Part shown: positions 30,265-37,933 of the stretch, piece by piece
Numbering within the stretch: position 1 is the first letter of the stretch
Layout: the number at the start of each line of letters is the position of its first letter
Made by a program: the position numbers and the translations under genes
The notes under the pieces: generated by a model
Told to the model about the DNA's origin: nothing
Databases searched by the model: none
The model's input: the letters and a program-made list of their open reading frames with translations, nothing else
Assembly (NCBI GenBank): GCA_965224705.1
Contig: OZ245056.1
Coordinates: 2,048,001 to 2,112,000, forward strand
Source of the DNA: Spirochaetaceae bacterium
Lineage (GTDB): Bacteria; Spirochaetota; Spirochaetia; DSM-2461
Length of the DNA: 64,000 bases
Reading direction: 5' to 3'

Positions 30265-30875
30265 GGGGGTAGGGGGAATAAGGTCTTTTTTTTGCTTAGT
30301 CTTTTCTCTCCGGCCGCTTGCTCCATGTCGGCTCTTCTCTTCGCTGTCGCGCCTGATACAATGCTTGTCCTGAGCTTTCGCGAAGACAGGCTGCGGCCAG
30401 CTGCGCTTTCCCATCGCTGCCCCCCAATCATAGTTGTTCTAATAGGATCTTCAGGAAGACTAACACCCGAAACCCTAAAAAAACCACAATATTCTTTTTT
30501 CTTATTTTTGAACTCATAATCCTTGAAAACAATTATCTGATTCAGCTCTTTCTCCTATTGATTTTCTCCCAATTTACCCATCAATTCTTTTCTGAAGCTA
30601 TCAGGTTTTCCACTGAGTTCTCCCAAAATTAGCGCATCTCCCCCATTCGATTCAAAAAGTAGAAACAAGACTTCTTAATTTGAACATATCGGCTATCAAT
30701 TGAGACATTGTTATCGTTCTATTGGCATTGTGACCACCTGAAGTCTCTCTGTATGAAGGCTAAAAAATGAACCCTTGAAACCTTTCAAACTCTCTCTCGA
30801 CGCCGTCAAACCAAGGTTGAACAGAGTCAGTTAAGTGCCGCGTTCGATACACACGCCCAACAAACCACTCATCCT

Positions 30876-31916
30876 TCATCCTTTAACAAAGTATCCACCG
30901 TTTCTAGGTGCCCCTCGAAACTCAATTGTACTGCCTTCTTTCAGTTGGCTAAGGTAGCGTTGTACGGTTCGCAGGGGAATACTCAGTGCACCGGCTATGG
31001 CATTCGCACGGCATCCCGGATTGGCTTTTATATAAACAATAACCTGGTTTACTACGCCATTTACTACGCCATTTACTGCGCCATTTACTGCGCCATTTGA
31101 AATTTCCCCACTCTGATAGGCCTTGAGTGCCTCATGAATTTCCGTAAGCATAAAATCGATGAAAGCCCGGCTATTTGCGTCCTTTGTACTTTCGTTTATC
31201 GCATCGTAATAGGCCTGCTGATTGTCATGCACCATGGATTCCACTGGCAACACGAGAAAGGCTTCATTCAGTTGTCCAAGGATAAGCGATTGCCACAGAC
31301 GTCCCATACGCCCGTTGCCATTGGCAAAAGGGTGAATAAACTCAAACTCATAGTGAAAAACACAACTGCGAATAAGCAGGTGATCATCAGCACCTTTCAG
31401 CCAGGCAAAGAGATCGTTCATCAAAGCCGGAACCCGATTCGCAGGCGGCGCCATGTGAATGCACTGATTGCCGGTAAAAACACCGACACCCCCTTGCCTG
31501 AAACTTCTCGGACGCTCATCTAAGGCAGACATCAAAACGCTGTGAGCACGCAGTAAATCATTGAGATCAAAGGGATTTAGCTCGGCAATTAAGTCATAAA
31601 CGGCAATCGCGTTTTTCACTTCTTGAATCTGCCGAACTGGAGCGACCACCCGTTTCCCGTCCAGCAGATCCGAGACTTGGCTTTCAGTCAAAGTGTTGCC
31701 TTCAATAGCCAGCGATGAATGAATCGTTTTAACTTTATTCGCTCTTCGGAGGCGCAATGAATCTTGACGTTCCAAGCGGATCGCATAGCGTTCTATCATT
31801 GCCGAAATTCCTGCGACGAATGAAATTGCCTTTGACGAAACCGTGAAAGGCGGAGCGTAACCGTCTGTCGAATCCGGTCCTCCCTGTACCGTTATCTTTT
31901 CTTTCCCATCCCTCAT
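30876..31916 (-). CDS. Fic-family protein with a C-terminal HTH
   Basis: HSSLAIEGN, HPFANGNGRMGR, (AVNG)n linker and terminal HTH. Confidence 0.93.
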   Translation of the reverse strand: MRDGKEKITVQGGPDSTDGYAPPFTVSSKAISFVAGISAMIERYAIRLERQDSLRLRRANKVKTIHSSLAIEGNTLTESQVSDLLDGKRVVAPVRQIQEVKNAIAVYDLIAELNPFDLNDLLRAHSVLMSALDERPRSFRQGGVGVFTGNQCIHMAPPANRVPALMNDLFAWLKGADDHLLIRSCVFHYEFEFIHPFANGNGRMGRLWQSLILGQLNEAFLVLPVESMVHDNQQAYYDAINESTKDANSRAFIDFMLTEIHEALKAYQSGEISNGAVNGAVNGVVNGVVNQVIVYIKANPGCRANAIAGALSIPLRTVQRYLSQLKEGSTIEFRGAPRNGGYFVKG

Positions 31917-32037
31917 CGCTCCACCTCATTCTCCAAATTCGGGGTATGTTTGGGCTGAAGGTTATTGTTGTCAGTAGACCCCTGCGAGCTGACAGCACTG
32001 TTTATATTTTTATCATTGATTTTTTCCCAATTTATCC

Positions 32038-32129
32038 GAGCTAATTCAAAAACTTTCTATAAGTATCAGTCGGAGAAGGAATGTCGCTACCCCAAACAAA
32101 TTCTTATTGAGAATGAGGGTTTTGTCAAG
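32038..32129. repeat. Dispersed repeat family B, copy 2
   Basis: Aligns with 19083-19188. Confidence 0.7.
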
Positions 32130-32261
32130 ATTTCTACACAAAAAGCCATGTTTCTATGTTTCGGACATAGTTCCCCCAAAAAACAGGAATCTCGGCCCAT
32201 TCCTTCTATGCCGCTTCTTTGTTCAGAGTTGGATCTTTTTATCCCCTATTTCTCTGCACAC

Positions 32262-32402
32262 CTCTGCGCCCTCTGCGGTTTACAATTCCCTTCCTTAATC
32301 TTCACAGCCTTATGCATGGTTTTTAACCGCAGAGGACGCAGAGAACGCAGAGTGTTCACGGTAATTATTGACCAATGCGTACCTCTGCGATCTCTGAGGT
32401 TT
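32262..32402. repeat. Cluster of CTCTGCG/CGCAGAG 9-bp-period inverted repeats
   Basis: CTCTGCGCCCTCTGCGGTT, AACCGCAGAGGACGCAGAGAACGCAGAG and CTCTGCGATCTCTGAGGTT. Confidence 0.65.
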
Positions 32403-32537
32403 AGTGCCGCTTTTAGGAGATTCCAAATTTGTTGAGACACTATATAAAAATTCCCTATCGATCACCCCAGAATCAGTGTCTTTATTTTTTTGGGATAGAA
32501 TTAGATGCGATTGTCCTGATGATGATTGGATTCATCG

Positions 32538-32566
32538 TTGCATAAGACCTCTCTCCGCTGTATACT
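32538..32566 (+). promoter_or_regulatory. Sigma70-type promoter of WD40-caspase copy 2
   Basis: Identical TTGCAT-N17-TATACT. Confidence 0.65.
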
Positions 32567-32638
32567 GAATGGCGCAAAATGCTTGACAGGGAGCCCACCG
32601 CCCCTGATGTTTTTCATCCCCCTTAAAGGAGACCTGCC

Positions 32639-35581
32639 ATGAAACGTTTCTTTTCGCTGGCCCTATTGATCGCCGCCGCAGCCGCCCCCCTCCTTGCCGG
32701 AGGCCAGCCCGAAGACAGCCGCGGCGGCCAAACCACCGACCAAACCACCGGCCAGCCCGCATCGCCCCCCACCGACCCCCCGCCGCCCACCGCAAAGCCC
32801 TCGACCGAACCCCTGCTGCGGCTGAACACCCCCATGCACTTCGCCATGGTTAGAAGGATCAGCGCCGATGCCGCCGGGAAGCTCGTCCTTACCGCCAGCG
32901 ACGACAAGACCGCCAGGCTCTGGGACGGGGAGAGCGGCGAACTGCTGCGCATCCTCCGGCCGCCCGCCGGGGAGGGCCACGAGGGCAAACTCTACGCCTG
33001 CGCCCTCTCCGCCGACGGAGGGTTGGCCGCCGTCGGCGGATGGACAAAGGCGGGATACAGCGGCTCCGGCAACCACAACATCTACCTCTTCGACACCGCC
33101 ACCGGCGGCATGGTCCAGCGGCTCTCCGGCCTGGGCAATGTGATTAATGATCTGGAATTCCACTCAGGCGGCGCCCTGGCGGCGGCCCTGGGCGGCACAG
33201 GGGGCATCCGCGTCTGGCGGCCCTCCTCCGGCGGCTACCGCCTGGCCGCCAGGGACAACGATTACGGCGATTCTTCCTACGGCATCGCCTTCAGCCATGA
33301 CGGCAGGCTGGCCTCGGTCAGCTTCGACGGCCACATCCGGCTCTACGATGATGATTTCCAGCTAATCGGAAAGCGCCGCGCTCAAGGGGGGAACCGGCCC
33401 TATTCGGCAGCCTTCTCCCCCGACGGCTCCAGGCTGGCGGTGGGCTATAATGACTCGCCAAGGGTGGAGGTACTGGACGGCCATGGCCTTGAACTCCTCT
33501 ACCGCCCCGACATCGCCGGTGCCGATGAGCCGGGTCAGAGTATATATCAACTCGCCTTCGGCCCCGGCGGCGCCCTCTACGGCGGCGGTTTTTACCGCGA
33601 TTACATCGACGGCGGCTGGTGGCACCTCGTGCGCCGCTGGGAGGACGGCGGCCGGGGGGCCTACCGCGATTTCAAGGCCGCAGACAACACCATCATGGAC
33701 CTCAAGGTGCTTCCCGACGGCTCCCTCCTGGCGGCGGGGAGCCAGCCCGACTGGGGCCGCTACGGGCCCGATGGCCAGAAGATAATCTACAAGCGGGGGG
33801 AGATCGCCGGTTTTATAAACAAGGATCGCTTTGAGTACTTCACCCTCAGCCGCCGGGGCGACAGGCTCTCCTTTAAGCCCCAGGGCGGAAAGGCCATGGT
33901 CTTCAGCCTTGCCGACCGCAGCCTTGCGGCCTCCGCGGAGACCTTCCAGCCCTACCGCGACAGCGGGGGCGGCGTCAGCACAGCCGACTGGGAGAACTCC
34001 TATGTCCCCCGCATCAACGGACGGGAGGCCGATTTTCTCGATCAATACGAGATGAACCGCAGCGTGGATGTGGGGGACGGCGGCACCATGCTTTTTGGTG
34101 CGAGTTGGTCCCTCTACGCCCTGGAGCCCTCCGGCGAAACACGGTGGCGGGCCGCCGTGCCGGGGGCGGCCTGGGCGGTCAAAATCTCCGGCGACGGGCG
34201 CGTCGCGGTATCGGCCCACGACGGCGGGGAGATCCGCTGGCACCGCATGGCCGACGGGGAGCATCTGCTCTCCCTCTTTGCCCACCCCGACGGCAGGCGC
34301 TGGCTGGCCTGGAGCCCCCTGGGCTACTACGATGCCAGCCCCGGCGCCGACAATCTGGCCGGCTGGCATCTCAACCGAGGGGCCGACGATGCCGCCGCCT
34401 TCTATCCCCTTTCCCGTTTCGCCAGCCGCTTCTACCGGCCCGAGGTAGTGGCCGGCATCATCCGTCACGCCGATGTGGAAACGGCCCTGGCCGAAGCAGG
34501 CAAAGGCGGACGCAAAATCCTGCCCGATGCGGACATCGCCCAGCTGCTGCCGCCGGAAATCGTCATCATCTCGCCCTCCAACGGCCAGGAAGTCTCCTCC
34601 GGCCGGATAAGGGTGCGCTACCGGGTGAGCGCCCCCCCGGGCGGAGAGGTTACCGCCGTGAGGGCCTTTGTCGATGGCCGTCCGGCGGGGGAGCGCGGCC
34701 TTCGTCCCGTCGGCACCGCCGGTGAGATAGAGGTTCCCGTGCCCGAGCGGGACTGCCGGATATCCCTGGTGGCGGAGAACCGCCATGCCGCCAGCGAGCC
34801 GGCGGTGGTGAGCGTCCGCTGGCGGGGAGAGGAGGCCTTTGTTGTCAAGCCCAGGCTCTACGTGCTGGCGGTGGGTGTCAGCGGCTACCGGGACGCCGAT
34901 CTGCGGCTGGGATACGCCGCCAAGGATGCCCGCGACTTTGTGGACAGCCTTAAGTCCCAGGACGGCGGCCTCTACCGGAGGGTGACGGCGAGGCTGCTCA
35001 CCGATGCCCAGGCCACTAAGGGGGATATACTGGACGGCCTGGACTGGATACTGCGGGAGACCACCCAGAAGGACGTGGCCATGGTGTTTCTCGCCGGTCA
35101 CGGCGTGAACGACGACTACGGCGACTATTACTTTTTGCCCCAGGACACCGACCGGGAACGTCTCAAGCGCACCGGTGTTCCCTACTCAGAGATTCGCAGC
35201 ACGGTGTCCAACATCGCCGGCAAGGCCCTGTTCTTCATCGACTCCTGTCACAGCGGCAACGTGCTGGGAACGCGGCGCGGTTCCCTGGACATCAACGGCA
35301 TCATCAATCAGCTTGCCAGTGCCGAGAACGGAGTGGTGGTGTTCGCCTCCTCAAGCGGCCGCCAGTTCAGCCTGGAAGACCCCGCCTGGAACAACGGCGC
35401 CTTCACCAAGGCCCTGGTGGAGGGCATCAGGGGAGGGGCGGCCTACCGCGGCGACAAGATTACCGTGAACATGCTGGACCTCTACATATCCGAGCGGGTC
35501 AAGGAACTCACCGGAGGCCGCCAAACTCCCACCACTGCCAAGCCCAGCACGGTTCCCGATTTTCCCATTGCGTTGAAGTAG
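32639..35581 (+). CDS. Secreted WD40-caspase (peptidase C14) protein, copy 2
   Basis: Paralogue of 27373-30264 with the same motifs and an intact His/Cys dyad. Confidence 0.92.
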   Translation: MKRFFSLALLIAAAAAPLLAGGQPEDSRGGQTTDQTTGQPASPPTDPPPPTAKPSTEPLLRLNTPMHFAMVRRISADAAGKLVLTASDDKTARLWDGESGELLRILRPPAGEGHEGKLYACALSADGGLAAVGGWTKAGYSGSGNHNIYLFDTATGGMVQRLSGLGNVINDLEFHSGGALAAALGGTGGIRVWRPSSGGYRLAARDNDYGDSSYGIAFSHDGRLASVSFDGHIRLYDDDFQLIGKRRAQGGNRPYSAAFSPDGSRLAVGYNDSPRVEVLDGHGLELLYRPDIAGADEPGQSIYQLAFGPGGALYGGGFYRDYIDGGWWHLVRRWEDGGRGAYRDFKAADNTIMDLKVLPDGSLLAAGSQPDWGRYGPDGQKIIYKRGEIAGFINKDRFEYFTLSRRGDRLSFKPQGGKAMVFSLADRSLAASAETFQPYRDSGGGVSTADWENSYVPRINGREADFLDQYEMNRSVDVGDGGTMLFGASWSLYALEPSGETRWRAAVPGAAWAVKISGDGRVAVSAHDGGEIRWHRMADGEHLLSLFAHPDGRRWLAWSPLGYYDASPGADNLAGWHLNRGADDAAAFYPLSRFASRFYRPEVVAGIIRHADVETALAEAGKGGRKILPDADIAQLLPPEIVIISPSNGQEVSSGRIRVRYRVSAPPGGEVTAVRAFVDGRPAGERGLRPVGTAGEIEVPVPERDCRISLVAENRHAASEPAVVSVRWRGEEAFVVKPRLYVLAVGVSGYRDADLRLGYAAKDARDFVDSLKSQDGGLYRRVTARLLTDAQATKGDILDGLDWILRETTQKDVAMVFLAGHGVNDDYGDYYFLPQDTDRERLKRTGVPYSEIRSTVSNIAGKALFFIDSCHSGNVLGTRRGSLDINGIINQLASAENGVVVFASSSGRQFSLEDPAWNNGAFTKALVEGIRGGAAYRGDKITVNMLDLYISERVKELTGGRQTPTTAKPSTVPDFPIALK

Positions 35582-35644
35582 GGGGGGCGGGGGGGAATAA
35601 GGCCTTTTTGCCTGGTTCCCTGTCAGAATGTGTGGGTGATCTAA

Positions 35645-35875
35645 GGCTCCGAGACAGAATACAAGAAAACAAAAAGCACCGAAATCTGTTAAACTAAATC
35701 TCTCAAGACAAAGCAAATAAAGGGAATTCGGTGCTAATCAAAACATTACGGAATAAAGTCTATCACTTAAAGGGATTCGTGTACGAAAAAGTACGGTTTG
35801 TAGATGGAGCCTCTGGTACACTGCCTGTTGAAGTTGTCCCGAGGAAGAATAGAAAGCCAGTGTGTCCTACAGCCA
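35645..35875 (+). pseudogene. ISL3-family element remnant (left end and transposase N-terminus)
   Basis: GGCTCC-type end, then MLIKTLRNKVYHLKGFVYEK..VEVVPRKNRKPVCP; truncated just before the att site. Confidence 0.6.
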
Positions 35876-35883
35876 TCAAAAGA

Positions 35884-35939
35884 TGCCTGGAAGAGGACTC
35901 GAACCTCCACGAGCTTGCGCTCACTAGTCCCTGAAACTA
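35884..35939 (-). other. Prophage att site: duplicated 3' part of tRNA-Leu(CAG)
   Basis: Minus strand reads TAGTTTCAGGGACTA-GTGAGCGCAAGCTCGT-GGAGGTTCGAGTCCTCT-TCCAGGCA (anticodon arm, long variable arm, T arm, acceptor 3' strand). The 5' half is absent. Confidence 0.88.
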
Positions 35940-36037
35940 CTAAAACAACCACTCACAACAATTTACAGTGCCAAAAGCACCATTCATGGCAACTACAGCG
36001 TCATAATCTTCATGGATAAGCACAAGAATACAGAAAA

Positions 36038-36071
36038 GCTAGTCATTTTGCTAGTCATTTTGCTAGTCATT
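36038..36071. repeat. 3x GCTAGTCATT(TT) direct repeats; candidate integrase arm-type sites
   Basis: 12-bp period, about 100 bp inside the att core. Confidence 0.65.
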
Positions 36072-36164
36072 CGAAATCCACGATTCCGCCGACATCTTTC
36101 CACCGTGCCTCCCAGGGAGAGGCAAGCAAATCGTAACAACTCATGACTGGATGTTTGCGGCGGT

Positions 36165-36680
36165 TCAGCCTGCGAAAGCAAAAAACAGGGTCAGAATGAG
36201 AAGTACCCCGGAAGAACTTCCCAATGCGATTAGCCCTACGTTCTTTCTGCGAATATCTTTTTCGTAGTCATCGACCAGAGTCAGCATCTTTTGAGAGTGG
36301 GCCGACTTTTGAGTTAGTATTTCCTGTTTCAAGCTGTTCAATGAAACTGAGTGCCTCTCTAATGCCTGTTTCAGCGCCGCTACCTCGGATTCCAATTCGC
36401 CTTGCCGTGCTAAGGCTTTCTCCAAGTGAGATTTCAGCTTCTGCAAGGATTTTTTGCTGACGATCTTGCTCTGCTTGTAAGATTTCAACCTCTCGTTGGC
36501 TATCCTCAAGCTCTCTTTTAAGTTCGGCACCAGACTGTTTAAGATTGTCAATTCTTCCAAGGAGTCGATCAACCTCTGCTTTAGAAGACTCAGCTCGTCT
36601 GGCGAGAGCGTCATAGTCTGCGCGAAGCAGGGTAATGTACTCAGACTCATCAAAATCAGAACTGTGAGAAAAAAGCGCAT
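36165..36680 (-). CDS. Spanin-like protein: signal peptide, coiled coil, C-terminal TM (overprinted on the next gene)
   Basis: MRFFLTVLILMSLSTLPCFA leader, heptad-rich body, terminal VLLILTLFFAFAG. Confidence 0.6.
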   Translation of the reverse strand: MRFFLTVLILMSLSTLPCFAQTMTLSPDELSLLKQRLIDSLEELTILNSLVPNLKESLRIANERLKSYKQSKIVSKKSLQKLKSHLEKALARQGELESEVAALKQALERHSVSLNSLKQEILTQKSAHSQKMLTLVDDYEKDIRRKNVGLIALGSSSGVLLILTLFFAFAG

Positions 36681-36753
36681 AGAATACTCCCAGGGTCACC
36701 AAAATAGCTAAAATGCCAACACAGACGATCTTCCATTTTCGTGTTTTCATCAT
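36268..36753 (-). CDS. i-spanin (Rz)-like protein
   Basis: Basic N-terminus, one TM, long coiled coil; last position in the late operon. Confidence 0.65.
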   Translation of the reverse strand: MMKTRKWKIVCVGILAILVTLGVFYALFSHSSDFDESEYITLLRADYDALARRAESSKAEVDRLLGRIDNLKQSGAELKRELEDSQREVEILQAEQDRQQKILAEAEISLGESLSTARRIGIRGSGAETGIREALSFIEQLETGNTNSKVGPLSKDADSGR

Positions 36754-36777
36754 CAGCCTGTAAACTCAATAAAAAAG

Positions 36778-37425
36778 TCACGCATCGAGGACACTTTTTT
36801 GCACTGTCGCTGTCCCGCGCAAGACCTGCTCTCTGTCCTCTCCCAGCGACCAGAAAACATTATACTTATACCGTGATTGATCCATGTCGGAAGTTACGCT
36901 GCTGTCAAGAGACAGGACAACACCGGTTGAGGTCCGAATTGCGCCGCCGGTGATTGCCGGGCCATAACTCGATTCATCCCGAAGCAAAAATTCAACCGCT
37001 GCACCGGCGGGAATATCAACTTCAACATCCAGGTCCCAGTCCGCACCCTGGACAATAGTAATATCCTGCTCTGTTAAGCCGTCGATAGCCAGAGACTGTG
37101 TCTCTACATCAATGCTAACTTGAGCTCCACCGACTTTCGCCAGCAATGAAGCCCATTGCGATGTATCAAAAATATCTTCAAGGTTACTTCCTGCGAGGTC
37201 CTGAACATCAATCACACGGCTCATTGCCACTGAACCATCGGGACGGATGACCGAAATGAGATGTTCCCCGGAAACCTGAGAGGCCAGATCAACAGACCAC
37301 TTACCATCTCCGGCGGCCTGGCAGTCCCGCAACTCATACAGCACTGTCCCATCAGGTGCATAAAAGGAAATCCTGGGGATAAATGAGGCGAAGACAAGCG
37401 CTGTACTTACGGTTCCGACGAACAT
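36778..37425 (-). CDS. Phage protein with a C-terminal BppU-like Ig fold
   Basis: ITIVQGADW...LSLDSSVT..YKYNV..VLRGTATV pattern. Confidence 0.55.
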   Translation of the reverse strand: MFVGTVSTALVFASFIPRISFYAPDGTVLYELRDCQAAGDGKWSVDLASQVSGEHLISVIRPDGSVAMSRVIDVQDLAGSNLEDIFDTSQWASLLAKVGGAQVSIDVETQSLAIDGLTEQDITIVQGADWDLDVEVDIPAGAAVEFLLRDESSYGPAITGGAIRTSTGVVLSLDSSVTSDMDQSRYKYNVFWSLGEDREQVLRGTATVQKSVLDA

Positions 37426-37432
37426 TTCTCAC

Positions 37433-37840
37433 CTAGACAACAACATGGACTTCCCGAGCCGCTTCGATGTTGTCGACTTTCGTCTTTATGTCCCGTGCGA
37501 TGTCGGCGATGACGGATAACCCATCGTCAGCCGAATCAAAATCAGCGCCGCCAAGGTCATCCCTCGAAATCGGCGCTATAATTAGGGACCTTTTAACTGC
37601 GTTATCCCCGGTACCGATTATGGAATCAGTCGGCGACTCAAAAGTTGCAACATAGGTCCCGACATCTGACAGTGTGACAGATCGGCGATAATACTTTGTA
37701 CTCCCAACCTGAGCCAGATCCAGCGCAGCTCCCTCAACCCCTGTGGCGAGGTTGAGGAATTTGACTGTGACATCGGTTAGACCGGTCGCTCCCCCTTCAA
37801 TTGCGACATCAAACGCTTCATCTGCGTGATGCTTCGTCAT
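37433..37840 (-). CDS. Hypothetical phage protein (beta-rich, C-terminal coiled coil)
   Basis: AAGGAGG before ATG 37840; co-oriented with neighbours. Confidence 0.7.
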   Translation of the reverse strand: MTKHHADEAFDVAIEGGATGLTDVTVKFLNLATGVEGAALDLAQVGSTKYYRRSVTLSDVGTYVATFESPTDSIIGTGDNAVKRSLIIAPISRDDLGGADFDSADDGLSVIADIARDIKTKVDNIEAAREVHVVV

Positions 37841-37862
37841 TTTTACCCTCCTTACTTTTATA

Positions 37863-37930
37863 CCGGTACACCATATGTGGTGTACCGGCCAGCTCACCCA
37901 TACACTATATATGGTGTATAGGTGGGCTGG
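37863..37930. promoter_or_regulatory. Tandem pair of strong hairpins sharing a TACACCAYATATRGTGTA core
   Basis: CCGGTACACCA-tatg-TGGTGTACCGG plus an adjacent 17-bp stem, both intergenic. Confidence 0.6.
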
Positions 37931-37933
37931 GAA

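Noticed and set aside
28045..30414. 789-aa minus-strand ORF (and the 579-aa ORF at 33362-35101)
   Set aside because: Antisense shadows of GC-rich genes; they have no recognisable motifs and differ in extent between the two paralogues.
30300..30870. Possible decayed gene or IS between caspase copy 1 and Fic
   Set aside because: No motif that I could identify with confidence.
31049..31098. 12-bp tandem repeat in the Fic gene
   Set aside because: In-frame (A/V)VNG linker of the kind commonly seen before the HTH of Fic proteins.
35884..35939. Functional tRNA-Leu
   Set aside because: The D arm and 5' acceptor strand are missing, so it is treated as an att duplication.
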